Of a DNA stretch of 64,000 nt, positions 1 to 11,513 are shown piece after piece. The notes under the pieces were generated by a model. It was not told where the DNA came from. It saw nothing but the letters and a program-made list of their open reading frames with translations, and ran no database searches. The stretch spans positions 28,768,001 to 28,832,000 of the forward strand of contig OZ024752.1 in NCBI GenBank assembly GCA_964016885.1, written 5' to 3'. A program made the translations under genes and the position numbers. Numbering within the stretch: the stretch's first letter is position 1; every line of letters begins with the position of its first letter. Source of the DNA: Eledone cirrhosa (Eukaryota).

Positions 1-1618
1 GGACCATAAATCCGATTTTGACCGTAAACCCTCTATCAGGCTTATTAACCCAACGAAGTCCGACATAGGGAGAATCAGCAAAAAAATCCTAGACCGCGTG
101 ATACCAAAAGTCAAGCAACACACCCGACTTAGCCTATGGATCAACACCCAGGAAGTAATCTCCTGGTTCAGCAATATGGAGGATAAACGAGAAACTAAAT
201 TCATACAGTTCGACATAGAGAGCTACTATGCTTCAATCACCTTACCGCTACTTACTGCCGCCTTGGACTTCGCCGAAACACTTGTGCCCATCACCGACCA
301 GGAAAGAAAAATCATCCTCCACGCCAGGAAGACAGTCTTACTCTTTGACGACTCTAAATGGATTAAAAGAGCTCCCGACTCACCCTTCGACGTCAGCATG
401 GGCGCCACGGATTCGGCGGAGGTCACAGATCTTATAGGATTATTCCTAATAGCCAAACTCACTGATATGTTTCCTGCATTCGGTGGTGGATTGTACCGTG
501 ATGATGGGCTCCTTACCCTTAAAGGGTACAACCCCAGTAGTACAGATCGGGTCCGAAAACAATTAATCAGATTCTTCCGCGACTGGGGATTTAAAATAAC
601 CCTACAAACGTCCCTGACCCGAGTAAACTTCCTGGACGTGACCCTCGACCTCGAAAACGACCTGTACTACCCATACAGGAAACCTAATGACAATCTGCAC
701 TACATCCACCGCCGATCAAACCATCCTAGGAACATCACAAACAACCTGGTCAAAAACATCTCCCTCCGCATATCCCGTTTGTCAGCTAATGAGCGGATAT
801 TCGATGAACATGCGCCTTATTACAACCAGGCCCTCAAGCGGAGTGGTTTCCGGGAGGAAATATCCTACTGTCCAGCTCCCATTAGCGGGACCAGCAGGAG
901 ACACCGCCGCTCACGCAATGTAACATGGTTCAATCCTCCCCACAACGCAGAGGTGACAACTCCCATCGGGAAACTATTCTTTAGGCTCATTGAAAAACAC
1001 TTCCCATTACAACACCGCTACCACAACATAATTAACAAAAATACCATCAAACTCTCTTACAGCACTACACCAAACTTCGCACAAAACATCGTCTCCTCTA
1101 ACAACAAAAAACTCAACCCCGATGGCAGAAATAACCTAAATAGCAGTGGAGAACCGACCAGGAGGTGTAACTGCCCGGATAGATCTATTTGCCCACTCGA
1201 CAATAGATGCAGAGACCGTAATGTGATCTACCAGTGCAACGTGAGGACGGATACCTCCAACAAAGCCTATATAGGACTTACCGCATGTGACTTCAAGACC
1301 CAGCTATACCAACATAGACATACCTTCCGAAACCCGGCCCTGCGTCACGCCACTACACTTTCGGGCCACATATGGGACCTCAAGGACAACAACATCACCT
1401 ATGATCTCACTTGGAGATTACTGTCCAGAGCCAATTCTTACACGGGAGGACGCCGTCCGTGCAATTTATGCTCGGAGGAAACTTTACAAATGCTGTTTTC
1501 GACGGACCAACTCCTAAACAAGAAAGATGAACTGGTCACTGCATGTAAACATAGATTGCGTAGGACTTACCTCGCCCTCAAACCCCATAATGACCCGGGG
1601 GGGGGGGGGGTAGACTAG
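1..1618 (+). CDS. Penelope-like element (Naiad-type) RT + GIY-YIG endonuclease ORF, running off the 5' edge of the window
   Basis: Frame is open from nt 2 (DHKSDFDRKPSIRLINPTKSDIGRISKKILD). RT motifs FDIESYY, FDVSMG and YRDD; CNC..CPL..C linker; VIY..YIG GIY-YIG; C-terminal CNLC..LLNK.EL..CKH. No internal stop. Confidence 0.93.
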   Translation, partial: DHKSDFDRKPSIRLINPTKSDIGRISKKILDRVIPKVKQHTRLSLWINTQEVISWFSNMEDKRETKFIQFDIESYYASITLPLLTAALDFAETLVPITDQERKIILHARKTVLLFDDSKWIKRAPDSPFDVSMGATDSAEVTDLIGLFLIAKLTDMFPAFGGGLYRDDGLLTLKGYNPSSTDRVRKQLIRFFRDWGFKITLQTSLTRVNFLDVTLDLENDLYYPYRKPNDNLHYIHRRSNHPRNITNNLVKNISLRISRLSANERIFDEHAPYYNQALKRSGFREEISYCPAPISGTSRRHRRSRNVTWFNPPHNAEVTTPIGKLFFRLIEKHFPLQHRYHNIINKNTIKLSYSTTPNFAQNIVSSNNKKLNPDGRNNLNSSGEPTRRCNCPDRSICPLDNRCRDRNVIYQCNVRTDTSNKAYIGLTACDFKTQLYQHRHTFRNPALRHATTLSGHIWDLKDNNITYDLTWRLLSRANSYTGGRRPCNLCSEETLQMLFSTDQLLNKKDELVTACKHRLRRTYLALKPHNDPGGGGVD

Positions 1619-2725
1619 GGCTATAACACCCCACTTGCCGATTTTGCAATGGGTAACCCCTGCTTGCCAAGGAAGACGTAAGATCTTCTTTGTATTCTTT
1701 TATCGCTTCCTTTATTTCCTTCCCCCCTCTCTCCTTAGTCCTTCTACCCCAGCTCTTCTCCTTTGTCGGCGTCTTTTCTCGCCCACCCGAGGCTGCCCTT
1801 TGGCCCCATGTAGCCTTAGTACCCCCACCACCCCCTCCCCTAGTCTATGATAGATTTGGCGGATTTCGCCCTTTATAGCAGTTGGCTTAGACCCCGGATA
1901 CTTGCCCCCTTTTTCCGACCGCTCCCACTATTCTCGGTGCCCTCTATATTTCTTAGTGGCACTTATGCCTTATTTGTTCGTTTCAGTATTTCTTGCTTCG
2001 CTTTTCTTCTGGGCGGGGTGGATTCTGAATTTATTTCTCCGTATTCTACCTTTATTTCGTACGAACTTTCATGTAGCTTGTTTTAGATCTTTTAGAGTTA
2101 ACATTAGTATATATTTTTCTCGGGACTCAGAATTATTATCTCGTACAAGTTCACTTTGCTGCACTGGGTCGTTGCTGGCCCGGGATGGAAACCTTTATTG
2201 TTTATTTCGTGGTAGTCTCTTTAGTATTTTGGCCCCTTTTGTTGACCCGTCACCGTATCATTTACGTACTTATACCTCTTAAAAGGGTCCTTGCCTATAC
2301 CGTCCCACCTAGTTCTTTTACTTATTTCGTTATTTCTTTATTTATTTTTTTCTTTCTTTACTTCTTTCTTTCTTTCTTTATTTTATTCTAGCCTTACAAT
2401 AGCCTGAGACCTAGGTCGTAGAATTTAATTTACTTTACTTTTTTCTTTACACTTATTTGCTTTTCTTCACTCTCACTACTTTTTCTTTCCTATTTCTACC
2501 CCCCATTGTTCTACCTACCGTTCCGACTTCCTCCCCCTCCCCCTCCCCTGTATCTTCTTTGACCTCATGCCCAGCTGTAGCTGGCACTACCAACGCTTGA
2601 TTGGGTCTACTCCACCCCCTCCCCTGTTTCTCCTACTGGCAGGTTTAGCCACCATCTCCCCTACTAATTTGCAACCACAGAATTACTACTGATTTTTGAC
2701 AATCACTTTGACCATATATGGAATT

Positions 2726-2819
2726 ACCCCTTGAGAAGATCGGCTATTTAAATACCAGGATAAATTTTCATTTAGTCCAGAATTAGCCGTCGAAACGGCT
2801 TGAGCTCAGCTGTCGGGGT
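2726..2819 (+). ncRNA. Type I hammerhead ribozyme, U3:A8 core variant
   Basis: acccc-TTGAGAA-ga(t)cggcta...tagccgtc-GAAA-cggct(tgagctc)agctg-TC-ggggt. Stems I, II and III all pair; predicted cleavage after C2814 (GUC). Confidence 0.8.
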
Positions 2820-2953
2820 CTTACTGGTTCCTATTACCCACTCTACTACCTCAAGTATTGAGTACTTTGGTGCGTTATGGTCCACCTGGTTCCTTACCAC
2901 ATTTCCTTCGTTATATATATATATATGTATATACATATATATATATATATGGT

Positions 2954-3018
<65 letters not shown>

Positions 3019-3157
3019 TTATCATTACGGGGTCGATAAAATAAGTACCAGTAATACACTGGGTAATTGCTGGCCTTATATATATATATGTAATATGTAT
3101 ATACATATTGTATATATATGTATATATATGTATATATATATGTGTGTGAGTGTGTGT

Positions 3158-5647
3158 TGGACGGACCACCGCCTGGTACGAGCAAAAGTGAAATTAACTA
3201 CAAATTGTAAAATCTGGGCTGCTGGTGTTACCCTGCCAAAAAGACTGAATGTTGATCGTCTTAGGGATAATAGTGTTTAGAGGACATTGCGAGAAGAAAT
3301 GAATGTTGCAGATATTGGTGAGTATTGGCCGACCCTTAAAAAGTCGGTTTATGATGTAGGCAGGTGTGTTCTGGGATTGGTACAAAAAAGTATCAAGACT
3401 GGTTTAAAGAAAATTATGAACATATAGATGAATTGTTGGCTGATAAGAGGCATGTTCTGTCAGGCTACTTGGCAGCAAAGCCACAAGAGAAGAATATGTT
3501 GCATAAGGAACTCAAGGATGTGAAATCACGTGTGAGGCGGAGGCTCTCTCAGATGAAGGATAAGGCCTGGAGTGAGAATGCTGATGAGATACAAGCTGCA
3601 TCAGATTCCAACAACGCAAAGCCGTTGTACAGTCTCTTGCCTGAAGTTTATGGACCTTCTTCTTCTCTGGTGACACCGCTTCGCAGCAGGGATGGTAAGG
3701 AACTTCTTCGTGGCTCGCAGGGAATTCTGAGAAGGTAGCGAAAGGACTTTGATGAACTTTTGAATCAGCCGTCTGTTGTCAATGAAGATTTCCTCAATCG
3801 CATCCCTGAAAAACCTGTGAAAGTAGCTCTCCCAGGACCACCGACGTTAGAGGAGGTTGCAGTAGTTGTCTAGAACCTGAACAGTGGAAGGTATCAGGTA
3901 TGGATGGGATACATGCAGAGCTCTTACAATATGGTGGTGAGATACTTCTAGGACATCTTCCCTCTTTGTTTGACAGGAGGACTGGAGAGATGCAGTTATG
4001 GTAGTCTTGTACCATAAGGGTAACTAGAATGATTGTGGAAACTATAGGGGTATATCATTGCTTTTTGTCGTAGGAAAAATTTTATGTAGGCTGCTTCTGG
4101 ACCGTCTGCTGACACACATTGCAGATTGTGTTCTTCCTGAAAGCTGGTGTGGTTTTAGTGCTGGACGCTGACATGAAGGCTTGGGTTAATGTCAGAGGTA
4201 ACATATCGGAGCCTATCTCAATGAAAAATAGAGTGAAACAGGGGGATATTCCAGTACCGACCCTGTTTGCCATATACTTTGCGATGGTTTTCTATATTGC
4301 ATTCAGGAATTGCAAGCATGGTGTTTACATCTACTATCAAACTTCTGACAGCATATTTAACATCAGGTGCTTTGTTGCAAAAACAAAAGTATTTACCTCT
4401 ATTATAAGAGACCTCTTGTATGCAGGTGATTGCGATCTTGTAACGCACACAGAGATCGATATACATTTTGAATGCATTTTCTGATGCTTGCACTGCCCTA
4501 GGATTAACTATCAGTCTCAAGAAAACCGTTGTCATGTACCAACCTGCCTCTGGTAAGCAGTACAACGAACCAAATATCTATGTGTATGGTAAACGACTTG
4601 GAGTGGTTGATCAGTTTGTCTACCTGGGAAGCACTGTCAATGGATACAGCAATCTTGATAATGGAATTCCACTCAGGATTAGGAAAGCAAGTGATGCTTT
4701 CGGAAAGCTAGGAAGGCGCCTCTGGGGTCGGCGAGACATGCAAGAAGACAAAGGTAAGGGTGTACAAGGCATGTGTGCTCTCTTCGCTTTATGCCTGTGA
4801 GAGCTGGGACACAGATCGACACCACCTTAAACAGTTGGAACGTTTCCATCAGATGTGTTTCAAACGGATCCATGGCGTTCACTGGAGAGATCACATCAGT
4901 GATGTCAAGACTTTGGAAAGCTTTCTGTGCTGAATCTCTTGTGCTTAAGGAAAGACTCCAACGGAGTGGTCACCTTGCCAGGATGGAGGTTTCTAGGATA
5001 CCAAAGCAACTCTTTTGTGGAGAATTAGTTAAAGGAAAACGACCTCCACATAAACCAAAATGGAGGTATAAGGATTCGTTGAAAGCCTTCTTGAAAGACG
5101 CTAACATCTCGGCTGATACATGGGAAAGCGTAGCTTCTGATCGTAATAAATGAAGAAAGACTGTACATGAGGGAAAAGTTGCTTTTGAAGCATCTCCAAT
5201 CGCATACGAGAAAATAAAAGGGGTTGTCAGGAAACATATTGCTGTTACATTTCCAGATAGGAAAGGACCTCCTATGGCGCTGACATGTAACGTCTGTGCA
5301 AGACTCTGCCTCAGCAAAGCTGGACTCGAAAATCATCTTCGCAGTCATAAAGTGAGACCATTGGTTGACTACCAGGCTGCTGTCGGAGATTCTGCTCATC
5401 ATACCTGTCAAGCATGTGGAAGAAAGTGTAGATCAGCAGGCGGGCTCAAACGACATGCAAAACTACATGAAGTCCAACTACAGCCGGCTAATGCCAGTGA
5501 ATGTTTTGGTTGGTAACTCTGTGGAAGACATTTTAGATCATTGGCTGGGCTAAAAAGCCACATTCGATCGCAGCACTGTTAATTATTAATATATGGGGGG
5601 GTTCGTTCAATGGCCATACTTGATAACAAGGGCACAGCCATCATCAT
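3158..5647 (+). mobile_element. Degenerate 5'-truncated RTE-clade LINE with three C-terminal C2H2 fingers
   Basis: Frameshifted pieces [43 protein letters not shown] and RIPKQLF.GEL..GKR, then CxxC..HxxxH x3; ends in a (CAT)n tail. Confidence 0.88.
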
Positions 5648-6231
5648 GTATGCATGTATGTATGAATGCATGTGTGTGTATGCATGTTTTCATATAGATA
5701 GATATACTTGACTCGTAATTTCCTTTACATAAATGCAACTAAAGTGATTCTAAGCTAACAGTATCGACGTACTCAAGCAAATATAATTCATAATCCTAAA
5801 TCCAGCCTGAATACTTATCACCATAGACACAATGTAAAACCAATCACGCTTTTCAGAACTCTACCCAGATCATTCCCATTGTATCTATCAAACCTAAAAC
5901 TCAATAAATAACCAAAGTAAAACTGATTAGTAATATTCCGTGTAGTATCTCTTTAGATAGAAGCTACATCAACCGACTGCTATAGTATTCCAACCGGATT
6001 AAAGTAGTTATTCAGTCCGTCAAACTTAAATGCAATGCACTAAAATACCTGGACTTTGTAAATATTTTAGACAAATATCCTAATATGCTACAGGCTATGT
6101 TATTGCAGTATATTTAGAGCCATAGAATTTTCATTGCATGATTTCTTAACGAAGAGATATAAGTTGTTTCAGTGCTGTTTCAAGTAAATCCAAACGTAAT
6201 ATCTCAAATAACACTGTTTTATCTAAAAGGG

Positions 6232-6735
6232 TAAAGGGTAAAGACCAACTTCGGTCGCGAAAAACCATGGGAATTCCATCAAGAAAGTTCTCCCCTAAGG
6301 CACAAATCCAGACATGGTTGTTTGTGGAAGATAAGCAGTCATCTATGCATATGGGTCTCCGTTATATCTATGACAGTTTGAAATAGATCTTTGAGACAAC
6401 CTCGGTCATCATACGATAGACTCTCCGTCGGTTTTCCAGTTGTTCGATCAACAGAACTGCCTGCTCAAGATCTCAAGATCTCAACGTGTAAGTGACAGTA
6501 ACGTAATTCTCTGGTGACAGTGACAGTGTACCGCAAGATTATCTCTTTTAATTAGAGGTATCACCCATACATTCAATGGACTTCCAAACACGTTCTGCCT
6601 ATCCAATTTCACCCACAAGGTATGGGTCGATATGTAGCTAAGGTACACGATACTTGCCCAAGATGCCACTCAGTGGGATCGAACTCGGAAACTAATGATT
6701 GTGAAATGAACCGCTTAACATTCAAACCATACTGA
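6232..6735 (-). mobile_element. tRNA-derived SINE (second family), decayed
   Basis: Minus strand has B-box-like gagttcgatccc followed by ggcatcttgggcaagt. Related segments at 12695-13010 and 41285-41420. Confidence 0.6.
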
Positions 6736-6789
6736 GTCCACCAGTTATTAAATCTTCTTCTACTCGTATGACATATGCACAATGGCTAG

Positions 6790-7090
6790 AGAGACAGGTC
6801 AAGATTGGCGTCATTTGTAGTATTATGGATTGCCTCCAGGCCACCTAGAATCGTCTGAGGGGCAATCCCGAACAACATGAGGTACTGTCGAGTCAGAGTC
6901 GCCACAGTCACATGCTCGGTTGTCTTTTATTTTCCATCGATGGAGAGATGATAGACTGTCCTGGCATGTGATGTGAGGATCCGATTAATGGACACCCATT
7001 GCTTTCTACAAAAGTCAAAGACGGCAGGTTTAGATGTGGGGTCCTGGACGAGGTCTTGATTGGCAAATTTGGACTCATTTCATGAGCTTC
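6790..7090 (-). mobile_element. LINE 3' fragment with CCHC knuckle (Vingi/Ingi-like)
   Basis: Minus-strand translation ...RKQWVSINRILTSHART...RWKIKDNRACDCGDSDSTVPHVVRDCP. Clade assigned from memory of the motif. Confidence 0.6.
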
Positions 7091-8359
7091 GCCACTCTTA
7101 CTTCAGATTAAAGTTATTGTTATAAATACACCATTATTTGCTATGATGATAATACCAAAAGATATAAAGCAAAATAAAACTCCGATAATTTACAAAACCT
7201 ACAGTAAAATATTCAAAGCTATACATGGGTGTGTTGAGATTAGTAAGATTCGATATGTGAAGTAGAATCGATTCTGAGAATATTGATTTCCAGTTGCCTG
7301 AGTTATTGCTTCTAGCTATGTTCCCATTATAGTTTCAATCTCAGAACCGAATTGTAAGGATATTTCTTAATATAATCTAAATTTCATGGATATATTGAAC
7401 GTTTTCAGGATCTACTTTTACAAAGAAACGAAATACACGCGATAATTCACGCCGGCAAAAGCACTGAGTTTAATTCTTGCTCTCATCTTCTCGGTTCTAA
7501 ACTAGGCACCTCACTAGCCTGGGGGTTGTAATAACTACAGCTCTTTAATAATTTTATTGTAAATATAATGGATCTACATGAAACCAATATCAACACAATC
7601 AAACAAGAGTTATAAAATATGTTTAACTGTAAATGAGGAGCATTATAAATGTGTAGCAAATGTATATGTGTATGTATGTGTATATGTATGTTTGTATCTA
7701 TGTGTATGTATGTCTGTGTGTATGTATGCCCGTATGTATGTATGTACTTCTGGTTTTATAATTTCACAAATGTTTGCCAATAGAGAGAGAGTCGGTTTCT
7801 AACATAGACACAAGACTCTCTTATTGGAATTTACACAACATCAACTAGGTAGATATGTATGTATGTCTGCATGCATGCATGTGTGCAGGTATGGGTGTTA
7901 AAGTATGTGTGGATGTGGATGTTTTGAGTTGTATGTGTGCATGTGCATATGTTTTGTATCTGTACAAGTGTATATGCAGTTATTAGATGCAAAATTTGTA
8001 TGTATATACGCACGTATGTATGTATATATGAATGTATGTTTTCTCACTTCCGTTCTCTCTCTCTCTTTCTCTATCCTTCTCTGGAAGAAATCTGCTGTAT
8101 TCAAACCTTCAACGACTAATAGATAAAAACATATCACTATATAAATAATCAAAGCATATCAAATTGCAGCAACATTATTTTATTTATGATTTCATAATTT
8201 ACATATTGTACACATAATGTCTTCGTCTTCTTTTTCTTCTACTTTTTCTTTTTCTTCTTCTTCTTCTTCTTCTTCTTCTTCTTCTTCTTCTTCTTCTTCT
8301 TCTTCTTCTTCTTCTTCTTCTTCTTCTTCTTCTTCTTCTTCTTCTTCATCGCTCACTTA

Positions 8360-8770
8360 TTCAGAAGCCATCCTCCCCCAAATGATCCGGATGGATGCCC
8401 AAATGCGATTCAACCGAGCTCATGCATGTTATCCAACCATCTTACTCGTAATTTACCTTACATTTAATTCAGTCACCTGCCCTCCATCACTCGTAAAAAC
8501 AACCTACTTCAGTGTACTTGCATTCACATGAATTAGAAGATCTCAGTTTTCGCAACACTGGTTTTCATTCCTGCCCTGAAGCACTCGGTTACAAACCTTC
8601 CCCTTGCCCTTAAACGTGCATGTCGAAGACCATCTTCTGATCAGTTAAGTCCATGTCGTCTGCAAATAGTTGACTGATCCTACACTAGCCGGTTTTGATA
8701 CCCCCTCCAACCCTGCTGTGTATATCAATCGTGTTCATGAAGATTGTGAACAGGGAAGGTAACAGTAAGC
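8360..8770 (-). mobile_element. RTE-like LINE RT fragment
   Basis: Minus strand LLPSLFTIFMNTI...QLFADD...AGMKTSVAKTE; degenerate. Confidence 0.65.
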
Positions 8771-9806
8771 ACATAATGACCGTCGTATAATATATATTTT
8801 TTATAAAGTTTATTTTGAAGACAATGTGCATAAATAGAGTATATCTAGGCAGCAGACATGTCTGTATTTTGCAACCATTTTGTAATAAAAATATTAAAGA
8901 GTGTCTTCACTGCTAATGCGAAAATAGAGCAATTCTATCAGATTTACTCATACGAACCAAACAGTAAAGTTGTAAAAAAAATAGAGTGGGTTGCTTAATG
9001 TGTAACATTGTCTGTGAAGCATATATTAACGCGAGCTCGCAAACACTTAAATACATATACATATATATATATATATATATACATTCACAGACACACACAA
9101 ATGTATACATACACACACATACACACACATATATACGTGTGTGTGTGTAATAATAAGGGTTTAGATCTATATCCAATAAATAAATATATATATATATATA
9201 TACAGATAGAGCGAGAGAGAGATGTTATATGGTTAGACGTATATAGTAATATATGATATCACTATCTATATTACAGAGAGAGAGATGATTTGGGTAGAGT
9301 ATTGTTACTAGTAAGTCTATATATATATATATAAATATAAATATGCGCGCGCGTGTTTGTGTGTATTTTATTTTTCAGTTTAAAGACTGAAATGACCCCA
9401 AAATAAAATCAGTACTTGATGCATGTTGAGTTGCAGTGTAGTCGTAGTCATATATTTATACATTTATACATACCTACATATAGCTACCTATATATGTAAC
9501 TGCATATAATATATATATATGTGTGTGTGTGGGGGGGGGGGGGGTGATTTCTTTCCTCATAAATTTTTTAATGATGCATATTTTTTTTATAAAATGTTTA
9601 TTTGGAGGAGTTTTATTACTGCATATATCCGTGGGTTAAAGTTTTCATTACTGTTTACTTTCAATTTTTATTTGTAAATTTGCTGAAAGCAAACTCAGAA
9701 ATATTTTCATCGTGCCTTTCAATGTCATGTTTAAAATGACATGTTTGAAATATCAATAACTCAGAATAACGTGGTAGGTTTTCTACAGAAAGGTAATGTC
9801 ATTTCA

Positions 9807-10170
9807 GGCGGTGAATTGGCAGAGTCGTTAGAACATCAGATAGAATGCTTTCCGGAATTCGTTTCGGCTCTCTGCTCTCTGAGTTCAAATCCCGTCGAGG
9901 TCAACTTTGCTTTTCATCCATTCGCGGTCGATAAAAAAGTTCCAGTCAAGTAGTGGCGTCCATGTTTCCTCTATACTTCTTCCTCACTTCCATTCTCTCA
10001 CTCTCTATCCTTCTCTGGAAGAAATCTACTGCATTTAGACCTAGAGAGGAGATGGGTTCCGCCATGTTGTAAAAATGCCCTAGAAACGCCATATGTCAAT
10101 ACGGCGTCCCTATGACACCTTCAGGATTTACAGGACCATGCATGCAATGTCATTTCAACAACTAGGATTT
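9807..10170 (+). mobile_element. Octopus tRNA-derived SINE with extended tail
   Basis: ggcggtgaattggcagag (A box)...ctgagttcaaatccc (B box)...tttgctttcatcc..ggtcgataaa. The tail is shared with 15060-15189, 8040-8110 and 52065-52250. Confidence 0.8.
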
Positions 10171-10235
10171 GCGTATAAAAATATGTTCGTTGAGATAATC
10201 TTAATCTACAGCTTCGAAGTGTGCATTATTAAGAA

Positions 10236-11192
10236 GGTGGATTTGTAGTATCGGTAGAGAATCAGACACTATGCTTTGCAGCATAGAGTTAAGAACCTTT
10301 AAGTTCTGAGTTCAAATCTCGCCGAGGTTAGTTTTGCCTTTCATCCTTACGTGGTCGATAAAAAATAAATCACCAGTAATGCACTGGGGTAATTGCTGGC
10401 CTTGTGCCAAAAGTAGAAACAATCATTAAAGTTGTCATGAAGCAACGTCGCGTTGGAGGATAGTAGTTATTCCACCTACAGTTTATTAACATTTAATTAT
10501 TTATTGTTTTGGGGACCACTGGAAAAGACACAAGATTTCCATTGTATTTCTATAGTAAAATTATTTGAAAGGCTTTCTTATAGTAATGCAATTATATAGA
10601 ATTCACTATGCATTTGCATATTTAAAAATAAAACTACATCAAATTTATAATAAATACAAACGTTCTTCAAAAGTATAATGTCGATAAAGAAAGGAACAGT
10701 TTTAAAGCGTTTAGACAACTATAAATAGATTTACAAATACACAACTATAAATATACTAAAATGCAGCAAATCCATATATATATATAATGGTTTCTGAATT
10801 TGGCACAAGGCTAAAATTTTGGATGCAATTTAATCGACCCCAGTGCGTTACTGGTACTTTATTTTATCGACCCCGTAAATATGAAGGGCAAAGCTAACCT
10901 CGGCGTGATTTGAACTCAAACTGTAAGGGAGCGTAATTATATGCAGCACAGCATGTTGTCCGACGCTCTACCGATTCTGCCAATACAGTGCCCTAACTTT
11001 CTAAATAATTGTTTCTACTTTTGGCACAAGGCCAGCAAATACCCAGTGCATTACTGGTACTTTATTTTATCAACCCCACCAGGAGGAAAGGCAAAGTTAA
11101 CCTCGGCGGGATTTGAACTCTGAACATAAAGGGTCGTAACTCTTTGCTGCAAAGCATGGTGTCTGACCCTCTACCGATACTGCCAATCCACG
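10236..11192. mobile_element. Cluster of three Octopus tRNA-SINE copies (10236-10420 +, 10790-10990 -, 11008-11192 -)
   Basis: Shared consensus ctgagttcaaatcccgccgaggttaactttgcctttcatcc...ggggtcgataaaataaagtaccagtaatgcactggg. Confidence 0.85.
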
Positions 11193-11455
11193 GAAAGAAG
11201 ATTGTGTTGACAATGTTGGCATCAACTACTAAATCTTCACATACAACATAATTATCGTTTGAATTTTTTTTCCTTTATTTTTTAATGTTCGTTAACATTT
11301 TTCTTCATGAATGTTTCAAATGCGTGAAGATTCGAATAATTGAAAGAACTGTAATACAATAATAATTAAATGTACTCTACTAGACATATACATTATCGTT
11401 TAACTTCTTTGTACAACTACTTGCTTCATAGATACATATAAATCTATATGTATAT

Positions 11456-11513
<58 letters not shown>

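Larger units (their letters stand above)
1..2910 (+). mobile_element. Naiad-type PLE including 1.3-kb pyrimidine-rich 3' UTR/pLTR, ending in (TA)n
   Basis: ORF above, hammerhead at 2726-2819, abrupt end at (TA)n. The same 3' terminal segment recurs at 22479-22661, 26827-26880, 33931-34075 and 40233-40426. Confidence 0.85.

Noticed and set aside
98-1618. Selenoprotein-type Naiad (in-frame TGA plus SECIS)
   Set aside because: No in-frame TGA in the visible ORF, and Cys positions use TGT/TGC.
5274-5580. C2H2 zinc-finger gene
   Set aside because: It is the frameshifted C-terminus of the RTE LINE.
9807-9900. tRNA genes suggested by A/B boxes
   Set aside because: These are SINE heads without a full cloverleaf.
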